A stretch of 64,000 nt of DNA from Bryobacterales bacterium. GTDB taxonomy: Bacteria > Acidobacteriota > Terriglobia > Bryobacterales > UBA6623. The position numbers were made by a program, and so were the translations under genes. The stretch covers positions 2,916,048 to 2,980,047 of the forward strand of contig OZ243965.1 of NCBI GenBank assembly GCA_965214655.1, in the 5' to 3' direction. Shown here in pieces: positions 11,323 through 19,808 of the stretch (position 1 is its first letter; every line of letters starts with the position of its first letter). A model generated the notes under the pieces. The model saw only the letters and a program-made list of their open reading frames with translations, ran no database searches and was not told the origin of the DNA.

Positions 11323-12177
11323 TTGTTGCCGCGGGTCGCCGGCCTCGTTGCGGTTGCGCTCTCGGCGGCGTTCGCCGCGGAACGGAACGAACAGACGCCG
11401 GAAGTCGGCGAAATCGTCAAGCGGGCGTTTCTCCGCGAGCAAGCCAACGAAGCCGCGGCCCGCCGCTACGCCTTTCACTTTCGCGAAGAACGGCGCAGCC
11501 TCGACCGCGAAGGGAAGATCAGGAGCGCGGAGTCGAAAACTTTCGACGTGACTTTTCTTTTCGGCGAGGAGCACGAACGGTTGATCGCCGTCAACGACAG
11601 GCCGCTCGACCCGCGCAAAGACGCCGGGGAACAGCGCGGCCTCGAGCGGCGCATCGCCAAAATAGAGCGGCTGACGCCGGCGCAGCGCCGCAAGCGGGCC
11701 GAGAAAATCGAGCGCGAACGCGAGGAAGAACGCGCCCAGACAGCCGAGTTGCGCCACCTCTTCGCGTTCAGCCTCGCCGGCGAAGAGACCGTGGATGGCA
11801 CGGCAACCTGGGTGATTCGCGCCGAGCCCCGCCCGGAATATCGATCGAAGCATCCGCGCGCCGGGTTTCTGCAGAAAGTACGCGGCGCGTTCTGGATCGC
11901 CAAGGAAGATTACGGTTGGGTCAAGCTCGAGGCCGAAACTCTCGACGCCGCCCCGTTCGGCATGTTTCTGTTGCGGCTGGCCAAGGGTTCGACGTTCAGC
12001 ATACGGCGCAAGAAGCTGGCGGAAGGCGCGTGGGTGAAAGAGAGCTTCCGCATGCGCGCCGACGTGCGCGCGGGCCTGCTGCTCACGCTGCGCCGCGAAA
12101 TCCTCGGCAGCTACGGCAACTACCGGAAATTCTCTGGGGAAGCGGAGACGACAGTGGCCGGCAATCCCCCGCCGTAG
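11323..12177 (+). CDS. hypothetical secreted protein
   Basis: In-frame TTG at 11323, 8 nt after the RBS aggagg (11309-11314) and just after the GT2 stop. Signal-like LLPRVAGLVAVALSAAFA. The remainder is coherent non-repetitive sequence (..GTATWVIRAEPRPEY..FWIAKEDYGWVKLEAE..). Family not recognised with certainty; possibly a LolA-like fold. Confidence 0.6.
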   Translation: MLPRVAGLVAVALSAAFAAERNEQTPEVGEIVKRAFLREQANEAAARRYAFHFREERRSLDREGKIRSAESKTFDVTFLFGEEHERLIAVNDRPLDPRKDAGEQRGLERRIAKIERLTPAQRRKRAEKIEREREEERAQTAELRHLFAFSLAGEETVDGTATWVIRAEPRPEYRSKHPRAGFLQKVRGAFWIAKEDYGWVKLEAETLDAAPFGMFLLRLAKGSTFSIRRKKLAEGAWVKESFRMRADVRAGLLLTLRREILGSYGNYRKFSGEAETTVAGNPPP

Positions 12178-12265
12178 GCGTAATTGACTCGGCGGAGGCA
12201 AGGGTTTATGCTCATGGTGAAGGAACTCGGGCCGGCAACCCGGGTAAGACATAAAGGTTAAGGAT

Positions 12266-12493
12266 ATGGGTAAGGAGAATACATTTTCGCTTCCGTTCGA
12301 TGAAGCTGCTTACAAGCACATCAGTAAGCTTAAGGAAGAAGACCCCAGATACAACACTTTGGGAGATGTCGTCAGCGACTCGCTCAGAATTCAGGATGCC
12401 CTACGATTCGAAGAGAAACGGGGATTCGACCAGATCCTGGTGCGCAATTCCCGGACGCGCGAGATAAGGATTCTGGACTTCCCAGGCAGATAG
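12266..12493 (+). CDS. small hypothetical protein, possible ribbon-helix-helix fold
   Basis: 75 aa in a local low-GC islet with A/T-ending codons, unlike its neighbours. The N-terminus TFSLPFDEAAYKHISKLKEEDPRYNTLGDVVSDSLRIQDAL fits a beta-strand/helix/helix (CopG/Arc-like) pattern. aagga lies just upstream of the ATG. Confidence 0.45.
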   Translation: MGKENTFSLPFDEAAYKHISKLKEEDPRYNTLGDVVSDSLRIQDALRFEEKRGFDQILVRNSRTREIRILDFPGR

Positions 12494-12554
12494 GGCCGCC
12501 GGCAAGCAGTCGAACGCGGTCAGGAGAGCGTGGAAGTCGATTGCGAGCGCTGCA

Positions 12555-12863
12555 ATGAGCGAGTCCAACAACAACCGCCCCCAAGCAGGCAGCCTGCCGG
12601 ATTTGGGCAAAGTTTCCTGGAAGGACAGCGACCACAATTCCAGGGAATACCGAGACAAAGCGACCCGGAGCCTCGCCGGTTGGTTCGTATTGGTTTTCGT
12701 TGCTGTTATTGCGGCTCAGTACGCGCTGGTGACCTGGTTCACGTTTGCCCACAATGATGACGGGCTGGTCCACGTCGAAAAGGTGTTCAGCGCCGTGCTG
12801 CCGGTTGTGTCCGGGTTGGTGGGCGCGGCGGCAACGTACTATTTCACCAGGGAACGGATTTAG
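12555..12863 (+). CDS. small membrane protein (two predicted TM helices), function unknown
   Basis: 102 aa. Polar N-terminus, then the hydrophobic helices WFVLVFVAVIAAQYALVTWFTF and VFSAVLPVVSGLVGAAATYYF. Intermediate GC. No clear RBS. Confidence 0.45.
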   Translation: MSESNNNRPQAGSLPDLGKVSWKDSDHNSREYRDKATRSLAGWFVLVFVAVIAAQYALVTWFTFAHNDDGLVHVEKVFSAVLPVVSGLVGAAATYYFTRERI

Positions 12864-12926
12864 CCTTTGTCGCCGCCCGCCGGGGCTGCGCGACTCCATG
12901 CTCCCCAGCGGTTATTCTGGAACTTC

Positions 12927-15143
12927 ATGAAGCTCGATTGGTTCGACAGACGACCGATCGCCATCGTGCTCGCGGTAACGGCTCTTTTTTACTGGAAGCT
13001 GTTATTCTCCAACCAGTTCACGTTTCTCGATTCGCCCGATCACGTCTATCAAATCCTGCCCTGGTATCAGGTGCAGGCGGCGCAATGGAACGAGGGCGAG
13101 TTCCCGCTGTGGGACCCTTACGTTTGGGCGGGCCAAACGCTGGTCGGGCAGATGCAGCCCGGGGCGATGTTTCCGCTGAACTGGCCGCTGTTCCTGGCGC
13201 CGCTCAAAGACGGCTTTATCAACCTCAAATTCGTTCACTGGCATTACGCCGCGATGCACCTGCTCGCGGCGCTGTTCATGTACGGGCTGTTGCGCGAGTT
13301 GGGGCGCAGCCGGTATGCCTCGGTTTTCGGCGGCGTCGCTTTCGCTTGCAGCGGCTACATCGGCGGGGTGGCCTGGCCGCAGATGTTGCACGGCGCGATC
13401 TGGCTGCCGTTGGTTTTCCTGCTGTTCCATCGAGTCGAGCGCGCGCAGTCGGGCGCGGAACGCTTGCCGTACGCCATGCTCTGCGGCGGCGCGATCGGAC
13501 TTGCTCTGCTCAGCGGCCATCACCAAGCCCCCATTTTCATGTTGCTCGGCCTTACGGGATTGTTTCTGTTCTTCGCCTGGCGGCGGCGGGCTTCCCGCGC
13601 CTGCCTCTTCCGCTGGGGCGGCTGGTATTTCGTGATCGCGGCAACCGCATTTCTGGCGGCCGCGATGCAGTTGCTGCCGATGCTCGAATACGCCGAGCGG
13701 TCGGTTCGCTGGGTCGGCGCGGACAATCCGGTCGGCATCGACGACAAGACGCCCTATTACGTGATGCATGAGTGGCGCGCCCAGCCGATTACGTGGCTCG
13801 GCGCGGTCGTTCCCGGCCTGAATCTCAACGTCAACGGTTTCGTTGGATTCGCCTGCCTGGGGCTGGCCGTTGTGGGGGCCGCCCTCGCCTGGAAGCAACG
13901 CTGGGCGCCCGTATACGCCGTGTTGGGCCTCGCCGCGCTGAGCTATTCCTCCGCGCACCTGTCTGTTTTGCACGGATGGGCGTACGCCTTCGCGCCGTTC
14001 GCGGACAAGGCGCGCAGCGCTTCCCACGCCATTTATATCTGGCAGTTCGCGCTGTTCGTCCTGGCCGCTCACGGAATCGACCGGCTGCTCGAAGCAGGGC
14101 CGGACGATGCGGACTGCGCGCGCTGGGCGGCGCGCGCGCAAAGGGTCTCGCTCGGCTTCGGCGCCGTATTCCTGGCGATCCTCTACGTTCGGGCCGCCGA
14201 CGGAAAAATGGACCTCGTCCCGGGCGATCAGTTCGCGATGGCGGCCGTATCGGCGTTTCTCTTCGCCGCTCTGCTCCAGGCTTGGCGGCGGTCTTCTCTG
14301 GGAACGACCGCGCTGAAAACGGCCCTGCTGCTTTTGATGGTCCACGAGACGTTCTCCGTGCAGATCTGGCATATCAAGCCCCGGGACGACCGCAATCAGA
14401 TCAAGTTCTTGACGGAACTGCAAGAGTTCGGGGGAGTTTACCGGTTTCTCCAGAAACAGGAGAGGCCCTTCAGGGCGGAGTTGCGTCATGACCGCGCGAT
14501 GAGCTTGTCCGCCTGGTACGGCGTCGAGGCTTCCGACGGCTATACCGCATCGCTGACGCACGATATCCGCGCGTTCATGGGCGCCTGGCCGTCCTACGAT
14601 GAGGGCCGGTTGCGGCTGAACACGAAATACACGGTTGCGCAGAAACCGGCGCGGGACGGCCAGGTCGAGGTTTACGCCGACCCGCATACCTCCTGGCGGG
14701 TTTACCTCAATCCCGATCACGGCCCGCGGGCGTGGCTGGAGCACACGGCGGACAACATCGAGACAGGCGCTGCAGGCGGCTTCGCCCCCGGCGGCTGCGG
14801 CGGCGCCGGCAGCATCGAGTACACGCTCGTCTCGGCCCAAGCGGTGCGGGTCCGCGCCACCGCTCCCTGCGCTGCGTATCTGGTCGTCGCCGACCCCTAT
14901 TATCCCGGTTGGACGGCGACGAACCGCGGCAAGCCGACGCCGATCCTGCGCGCTTACGGGGGCGTGCGGGCGGTGATGCTGCCCGCAGGAGAAAATCTCG
15001 TGGAATTCGCGTACCGCCCGCGCAGCGTCCATGCCGGCGCAATCCTCAGCGGCATCGGGTTTTTGCTGTGCTGCGGGGCGGCGGGCATGCTGGCGCGGCG
15101 GCGCTTGAAGCGCCGCGCGGCCGGCGCTACGATGAAAGAGTAG
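12927..15143 (+). CDS. YfhO-like polytopic membrane glycosyltransferase (GT-C type)
   Basis: Trimmed to the ATG at 12927 ([17 protein letters not shown]...). At least 10 hydrophobic helices. The early motif is typical of YfhO ([43 protein letters not shown]), as is the C-terminal [43 protein letters not shown]. Confidence 0.8.
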   Translation: MKLDWFDRRPIAIVLAVTALFYWKLLFSNQFTFLDSPDHVYQILPWYQVQAAQWNEGEFPLWDPYVWAGQTLVGQMQPGAMFPLNWPLFLAPLKDGFINLKFVHWHYAAMHLLAALFMYGLLRELGRSRYASVFGGVAFACSGYIGGVAWPQMLHGAIWLPLVFLLFHRVERAQSGAERLPYAMLCGGAIGLALLSGHHQAPIFMLLGLTGLFLFFAWRRRASRACLFRWGGWYFVIAATAFLAAAMQLLPMLEYAERSVRWVGADNPVGIDDKTPYYVMHEWRAQPITWLGAVVPGLNLNVNGFVGFACLGLAVVGAALAWKQRWAPVYAVLGLAALSYSSAHLSVLHGWAYAFAPFADKARSASHAIYIWQFALFVLAAHGIDRLLEAGPDDADCARWAARAQRVSLGFGAVFLAILYVRAADGKMDLVPGDQFAMAAVSAFLFAALLQAWRRSSLGTTALKTALLLLMVHETFSVQIWHIKPRDDRNQIKFLTELQEFGGVYRFLQKQERPFRAELRHDRAMSLSAWYGVEASDGYTASLTHDIRAFMGAWPSYDEGRLRLNTKYTVAQKPARDGQVEVYADPHTSWRVYLNPDHGPRAWLEHTADNIETGAAGGFAPGGCGGAGSIEYTLVSAQAVRVRATAPCAAYLVVADPYYPGWTATNRGKPTPILRAYGGVRAVMLPAGENLVEFAYRPRSVHAGAILSGIGFLLCCGAAGMLARRRLKRRAAGATMKE

Positions 15144-15219
15144 ACCCTGGACGGCTGCTTGCCGGCAGGGAACGGTTGCGCAGCGGCCTGAGGACAGGCC
15201 GGCGGGTTCGGAGAGCGCC

Positions 15220-16104
15220 ATGTATCTGACAGATGAATTCCGCTTGAAGGTCGGCTTGGCCGAGCAGCTCAAGGGCGGCGTCATCATGGACGTCACCAAC
15301 GCCGAGCAGGCGAGGATTGCGCAAAACGCCGGCGCGGCCGCCGTCATGGCGCTGGAGCGCGTCCCGGCCGACATCCGCAAGGAGGGCGGCGTAGCGCGCA
15401 TGGCCAACGTCTCCGTCATCCGCGAAATCATGGAAACGGTCACCATTCCAGTCATGGCCAAGGCGCGCATCGGCCATTTCGCCGAGGCGATAGTGCTGGA
15501 AGCGCTGCACGTGGACTACATCGACGAAAGCGAGGTGCTCACCCCCGCCGACGAAGAGCATCACATCGACAAGCGCGGCTTCAAGACGCCCTTCGTCTGC
15601 GGCGCGCGGAATCTGGGCGAGGCGCTGCGGCGCATCGGCGAGGGGGCGGCGATGATCCGCACCAAGGGCGAAGCGGGCTCGGGCAACATCGTCGAGGCCG
15701 TGCGGCACATGCGCGCCATCCAAAGGGAAATCAAGCAGCTCACGGTGAAGGGCAAAGACGAACTGCCCGCGGCGGCCAAGGAACTGCAAGCGCCGCTCGA
15801 GCTCGTCGAGTGGACGGCCGCGCACGGCGGGCTGCCGGTTCCGAATTTTTCCGCCGGGGGCATCGCCACGCCCGCGGACGCCGCGCTGGTGATGAGTCTC
15901 GGCGCCGAGGCGGCGTTCGTCGGCTCGGGCATCTTCAAGTCCGCGGACCCGGAACGGCGCGCCGCCGCGGTGGTCAAGGCGACCACGTTTTACAGCGATC
16001 CCGACAAGCTGCTCGAAGCCTGCGCGGATCTCGGCGAACCCATGCCGGGGCTGGAAATCGACAAGATCGCCGCGCACGACCTGCTGCAGACCCGCGGCTG
16101 GTAG
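15220..16104 (+). CDS. pdxS: pyridoxal 5'-phosphate synthase, lyase subunit
   Basis: 294 aa. [43 protein letters not shown] and full-length PdxS/SNZ similarity. Confidence 0.97.
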   Translation: MYLTDEFRLKVGLAEQLKGGVIMDVTNAEQARIAQNAGAAAVMALERVPADIRKEGGVARMANVSVIREIMETVTIPVMAKARIGHFAEAIVLEALHVDYIDESEVLTPADEEHHIDKRGFKTPFVCGARNLGEALRRIGEGAAMIRTKGEAGSGNIVEAVRHMRAIQREIKQLTVKGKDELPAAAKELQAPLELVEWTAAHGGLPVPNFSAGGIATPADAALVMSLGAEAAFVGSGIFKSADPERRAAAVVKATTFYSDPDKLLEACADLGEPMPGLEIDKIAAHDLLQTRGW

Positions 16105-16131
16105 CCAGCGGCGACGGCGCGGCATTCCGCC

Positions 16132-16743
16132 ATGAAAATCGGAGTTTTGGCTCTGCAGGGCGACTTCGAGGCTCACGGAGATCGTCTGGCCGATCTCGGC
16201 GCGCAGCCGGTCGAAGTGCGCTACGCCCGGCAACTCGACGCAATCGACGGCCTCATCCTGCCCGGCGGCGAAAGCACCGTGAACCTGCTGCTGCTGGAAG
16301 GTGAGGGACTGTGGGCGCCGCTGCGCCGGTTCGCCGCGGAAAAACCCGTTTTGGGCACTTGCGCCGGCGCGATCCTGCTCGCGCGCGAGGTTGCCGGCCC
16401 GTCGCAGCGTTCGCTGGGCGCGATGGATTTTACAGTCGAGCGCAACGCCTACGGCAGGCAGATCGACAGCTCGATCCGGCGGGTCGAGCCCGAGCCCGCG
16501 TTTAGCGAGCGGACGCGGCCCGGCGCGCTCGAGGCGGTGCTCATCCGGGCGCCCATCGTCCGCTCCGTCGGCCCGCAAGTCGAAGTCCTGATCCGCGACG
16601 GAAAAGACCCCCTCCTGCTGGAGCAAGGCCGGCGTCTGGCCGCGACCTTCCATGCCGAGCTGACGGACGACACGCGCGTCCACGAGCTCTTTCTGGCCAA
16701 AGTCGGGCGTCCCCGAGAGCCGGCCGCCGCGCCGCCCGCGTGA
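16132..16743 (+). CDS. pdxT: pyridoxal 5'-phosphate synthase, glutaminase subunit
   Basis: MKIGVLALQGDFEAH...LILPGGESTV...GTCAG..LLA; class I glutamine amidotransferase lying directly after pdxS. Confidence 0.93.
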   Translation: MKIGVLALQGDFEAHGDRLADLGAQPVEVRYARQLDAIDGLILPGGESTVNLLLLEGEGLWAPLRRFAAEKPVLGTCAGAILLAREVAGPSQRSLGAMDFTVERNAYGRQIDSSIRRVEPEPAFSERTRPGALEAVLIRAPIVRSVGPQVEVLIRDGKDPLLLEQGRRLAATFHAELTDDTRVHELFLAKVGRPREPAAAPPA

Positions 16744-16781
16744 CTTTCGCTGCGGGCTTGTCTGTTAAGATACGCACGGGG

Positions 16782-17012
16782 ATGCCGTTTCTGCGCTCGC
16801 TGATCGGACACGCCTTGCGCCAGGCGGCGAACAACCCGCGCGTCCGCGAGACGGCGAAGCAGGTTTTCGAAGACGAAGTGAAGCCGGCGGCCAAGGACGC
16901 CTGGCAGAAAGCGAAGCCCGAAGTCGAGGCGGCCAAAGACAAGGCCGTGCAGCGCGCCGCCCGCTTTGCGGCCCGGGTCAAGAAGGAACTCGACGAAAGA
17001 ACGTCGAGATGA
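16782..17012 (+). CDS. small hypothetical protein (amphipathic, Lys/Ala-rich)
   Basis: ATG at 16782; the track ORF starts at a GTG at 16740 that overlaps the pdxT stop. The sequence MPFLRSLIGHALRQAANNPRVRETAKQVFEDEVKPAAKDAWQKAKPEVEAAKDKA.. looks helical. No family recognised. Confidence 0.4.
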   Translation: MPFLRSLIGHALRQAANNPRVRETAKQVFEDEVKPAAKDAWQKAKPEVEAAKDKAVQRAARFAARVKKELDERTSR

Positions 17013-17037
17013 CCGCCGCCGGGCAGTTCGAGGGGCC

Positions 17038-18114
17038 ATGATTTCTCGCCGCAAGCTGTTTGCCGGCGCAGCTGCTTCCTCCGCGGTTGCTTCTTCCGCG
17101 CAGCGCCCGCGCTTCATCGCCGTATCGTCGAGCAACGGCCTGGCCTGCACGGCCAAGGCCGTGGAGACGATGCAGGCGGGCGGGGACACGCTCGACGCCG
17201 CCATTGCCGGCGTCACCATCCAGGAGCTCGACCCCGAGGATACGAGCGTGGGTTACGGCGGCCTGCCCAATGAAGAAGGCGACGTCGAGCTCGATGCCTG
17301 CGTGATGCACGGCCCTACCCGGCGCTGCGGCGCGGTGGCCTCGATGCGCGGGATCAAGACCCCTTCGCGGATCGCCAAGCTGGTCATGGAGCGGAGCGAT
17401 CACGTCATGCTGGTCGGCGAGGGCGCGACCCGGTTCGCCGAGGCGCACGGCTATCGGGTGGAAAGCCTGCTCACCGACAAAGCGCGTCTGGCCTGGCTGG
17501 CGTGGAAAGAGTCGCTCGGCGGAGACTGGGGCCCCGGCCTCGATGCGCCTCCGGGCGGCGCTGCCGGCAGAGCGCTTCTGGAGCGCATCCCCGGCGCCCG
17601 GCCCGACTGGCTCGCCTGGGCCCGCCAGGCGGCGGCCCATCCGCCGACGGGCACGATCACCTGTCTCACGCTCAACGACAGGGGCGAAATGTCGGGCTGC
17701 ACGACCACAAGCGGCCTGGCCTGGAAAATCCCCGGCCGCGTCGGCGACTCGCCGATTATCGGCGCGGGGGTTTACTGCGATCAGGATGTCGGCGCCGCCG
17801 GCTCGACCGGCCGCGGCGAGGAAAACATCCGCGTCTGCGGGACGCACACGGTGGTCGAAAACATGCGCTGCGGCATGGAGCCTGCCGCAGCCTGCCGCGA
17901 TGCGCTGCGCCGTGTGGCGCGGAACTACGACGACGACCGCAGCCGGCTGGGCGCGATCGGGCTGTCGTTCTACGCACTCAGAAAAGACGGCGCATACGCC
18001 GGCGCATCGCTCTGGGACCGCGCGCGCAGCGGCTCCCGGCGGCGCTCGCAATTTACCGTCAACACCGGCGGCGAAAGCCGCACGGAAGACAGCTCCGCTC
18101 TGTTCGAGCGCTAA
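17038..18114 (+). CDS. N4-(beta-N-acetylglucosaminyl)-L-asparaginase / isoaspartyl peptidase family (Ntn hydrolase, asparaginase_2)
   Basis: Trimmed to the ATG at 17038. Tat-like signal MISRRKLFAGAAASSAVA. VGYGGLPNEEGDVELDACVM, the autoproteolysis region GTITCL, and SGLAWKIPGRVGDSPIIGAGVYCD..GAAGSTGRGEENIR are typical of glycosylasparaginases. Confidence 0.85.
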   Translation: MISRRKLFAGAAASSAVASSAQRPRFIAVSSSNGLACTAKAVETMQAGGDTLDAAIAGVTIQELDPEDTSVGYGGLPNEEGDVELDACVMHGPTRRCGAVASMRGIKTPSRIAKLVMERSDHVMLVGEGATRFAEAHGYRVESLLTDKARLAWLAWKESLGGDWGPGLDAPPGGAAGRALLERIPGARPDWLAWARQAAAHPPTGTITCLTLNDRGEMSGCTTTSGLAWKIPGRVGDSPIIGAGVYCDQDVGAAGSTGRGEENIRVCGTHTVVENMRCGMEPAAACRDALRRVARNYDDDRSRLGAIGLSFYALRKDGAYAGASLWDRARSGSRRRSQFTVNTGGESRTEDSSALFER

Positions 18115-18509
18115 TAGTCCGCGGGGAAAGTCGGGCAAGCGTCGTTACGCGCCCGGGGAAGCGGTGCAAGCAGCGGGCGGAGGCGTGCCTGAGCCGGTGG
18201 CCGATAAGGGCTATCCCGGCGCGCAGCCTTGGGGAGCCGGCATCGCGGCCTGACCACGCCGCCTTGCTCGCCACCTTGCTCAAACTTCTCCATCCCCTCG
18301 AAAAAAGGGACTTGCAGCACGGACTTGTCTCTCGTTGGACAAGACCTGGACCATACTGAAGCGTTCGATAATGCGCTATGCTTGCGAATGCGGCGGCGGT
18401 TCACGCCGCTTGCAGCAAACCTGTGAATCTGCCGTTGCCGCGCAGACGCCGCGTACAACGCACGTACACGAAAAAACCCGCATATTCACAGGAATGGGAG
18501 AACTCACGG

Positions 18510-19466
18510 ATGAACACCGGCCGCATTTTGATCACTGGTTCGGAGGGATTGGTCGGCACAGCCCTTCGCGCGGCGCTTGCAACTGCGGGGTGGACGATTG
18601 CAGGTCTGGATTTGCGGGGTTCGCGCGGCGAAGCGGGCGACGTGCGGGACAGGGAGCGCGTCCGCGCCGCGGCCGCGGGCTGCGACGGCATCGTCCATCT
18701 GGCGGCAGTCTCCCGTGTCGTGTGGGGCGAGCGCGATCCGCAGACCTGCTGGGAGACCAACGTCAACGGGTTGCGCAACGTCATCGAGGCGGCGGAGCGC
18801 GCGGCGCAGCAACCGTGGCTCCTTTTCTCCAGCAGCCGCGAGGTCTATGGGCAGCCCGATAGATTGCCCGTCGCCGAGGATGCCCCGTTGCGGCCCGTCA
18901 ATATCTATGGGCGCTCGAAAGCCGAGGGCGAGCGGCTCGCGCAGGCAGCCCGAAGCCGTGGCTTGCGGGCTGCGGTCGTCAGGCTTTCCAATGTCTATGG
19001 GAGTCCGCGCGACCATGCGGACCGCGTTGTCCCGGCGTTTGCCCGAGCCGCCGCGCAGGCCGGCGTCCTGCACGTGGAAGGCGCGGGACATACCTTCGAC
19101 TTCACCCACCTCGACGACGCGATTCGCGGCATCGTTGCGTTCATAGGCGTGTTGGCGAATGAGCCGCCGCCGCCGATACATTTGCTCACCGGACGGCCGT
19201 ACACGCTGGGTCAACTGGCGGCGCTGGCGGTGGAGATCGCCGGTACGGAGGCGCTCATTCGCGAGGAAACGCCGCGTTCGTTCGACGTATCCCACTTCCA
19301 CGGCGACCCGGCGCGGGCTCGGAAACTGCTCGGCTGGGCGCCGCGCGTGGATATCCGGCAGGGCCTCGAGCGCCTGATCGGCGATTTCCGCGCCGAACCC
19401 GGCGCTGCCGAAGATACGCGCGCCGCGCCGTACGGAAACGGTATGGCGGCATCGGAGAGTCACTGA
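18510..19466 (+). CDS. NAD-dependent epimerase/dehydratase (SDR family)
   Basis: Trimmed to the ATG at 18510, with gggag about 10 nt upstream. ILITGSEGLVGTAL (GxxGxxG Rossmann) and the catalytic YGRSK. 318 aa. Confidence 0.88.
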   Translation: MNTGRILITGSEGLVGTALRAALATAGWTIAGLDLRGSRGEAGDVRDRERVRAAAAGCDGIVHLAAVSRVVWGERDPQTCWETNVNGLRNVIEAAERAAQQPWLLFSSSREVYGQPDRLPVAEDAPLRPVNIYGRSKAEGERLAQAARSRGLRAAVVRLSNVYGSPRDHADRVVPAFARAAAQAGVLHVEGAGHTFDFTHLDDAIRGIVAFIGVLANEPPPPIHLLTGRPYTLGQLAALAVEIAGTEALIREETPRSFDVSHFHGDPARARKLLGWAPRVDIRQGLERLIGDFRAEPGAAEDTRAAPYGNGMAASESH

Positions 19467-19808
19467 TCGAGACCGAGGATTGGGGCAAGATCCATACTGC
19501 AACCGGATCGAGGAGAAGAGAAACAGAAGATACGGCGCCGCGGGGACGGTCCCCGCTTCGCCGCTCAGACCAGGATACGGATTCTGCATGCCCGCCGGCT
19601 TGCCTTCAGCGTTGAGCGGGGCGCCTTCCATAGAAAGGAGCCGGCTAATGCCGTTCCCGATTACGGGCGGGTTCCAGAATCGTTTTCCTTATCGGGCTAT
19701 GCAAAATCGGGTTTCGCCGTCAAGATGCGCGGTTCGGCCGTTCGGCCGGAGGAAATCGAGCGCGGCGGTCCGGGCAGGTTGACGCATCCCCTGTCATAGA
19801 CTGGATGC

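Noticed and set aside
18179-18215. A tRNA-like 5' end, GGAGGCGTGCCTGAGCCGGTGGCCGATAAGGGC, which resembles the acceptor/D-arm of class II tRNAs. It was checked as a possible tRNA-Sec given the TGA finding.
   Set aside because: There is no complementary 3' acceptor strand (CGCCTCC) within ~100 nt, no T-arm GGTTCGAATCC-like motif, and no anticodon stem-loop could be folded.
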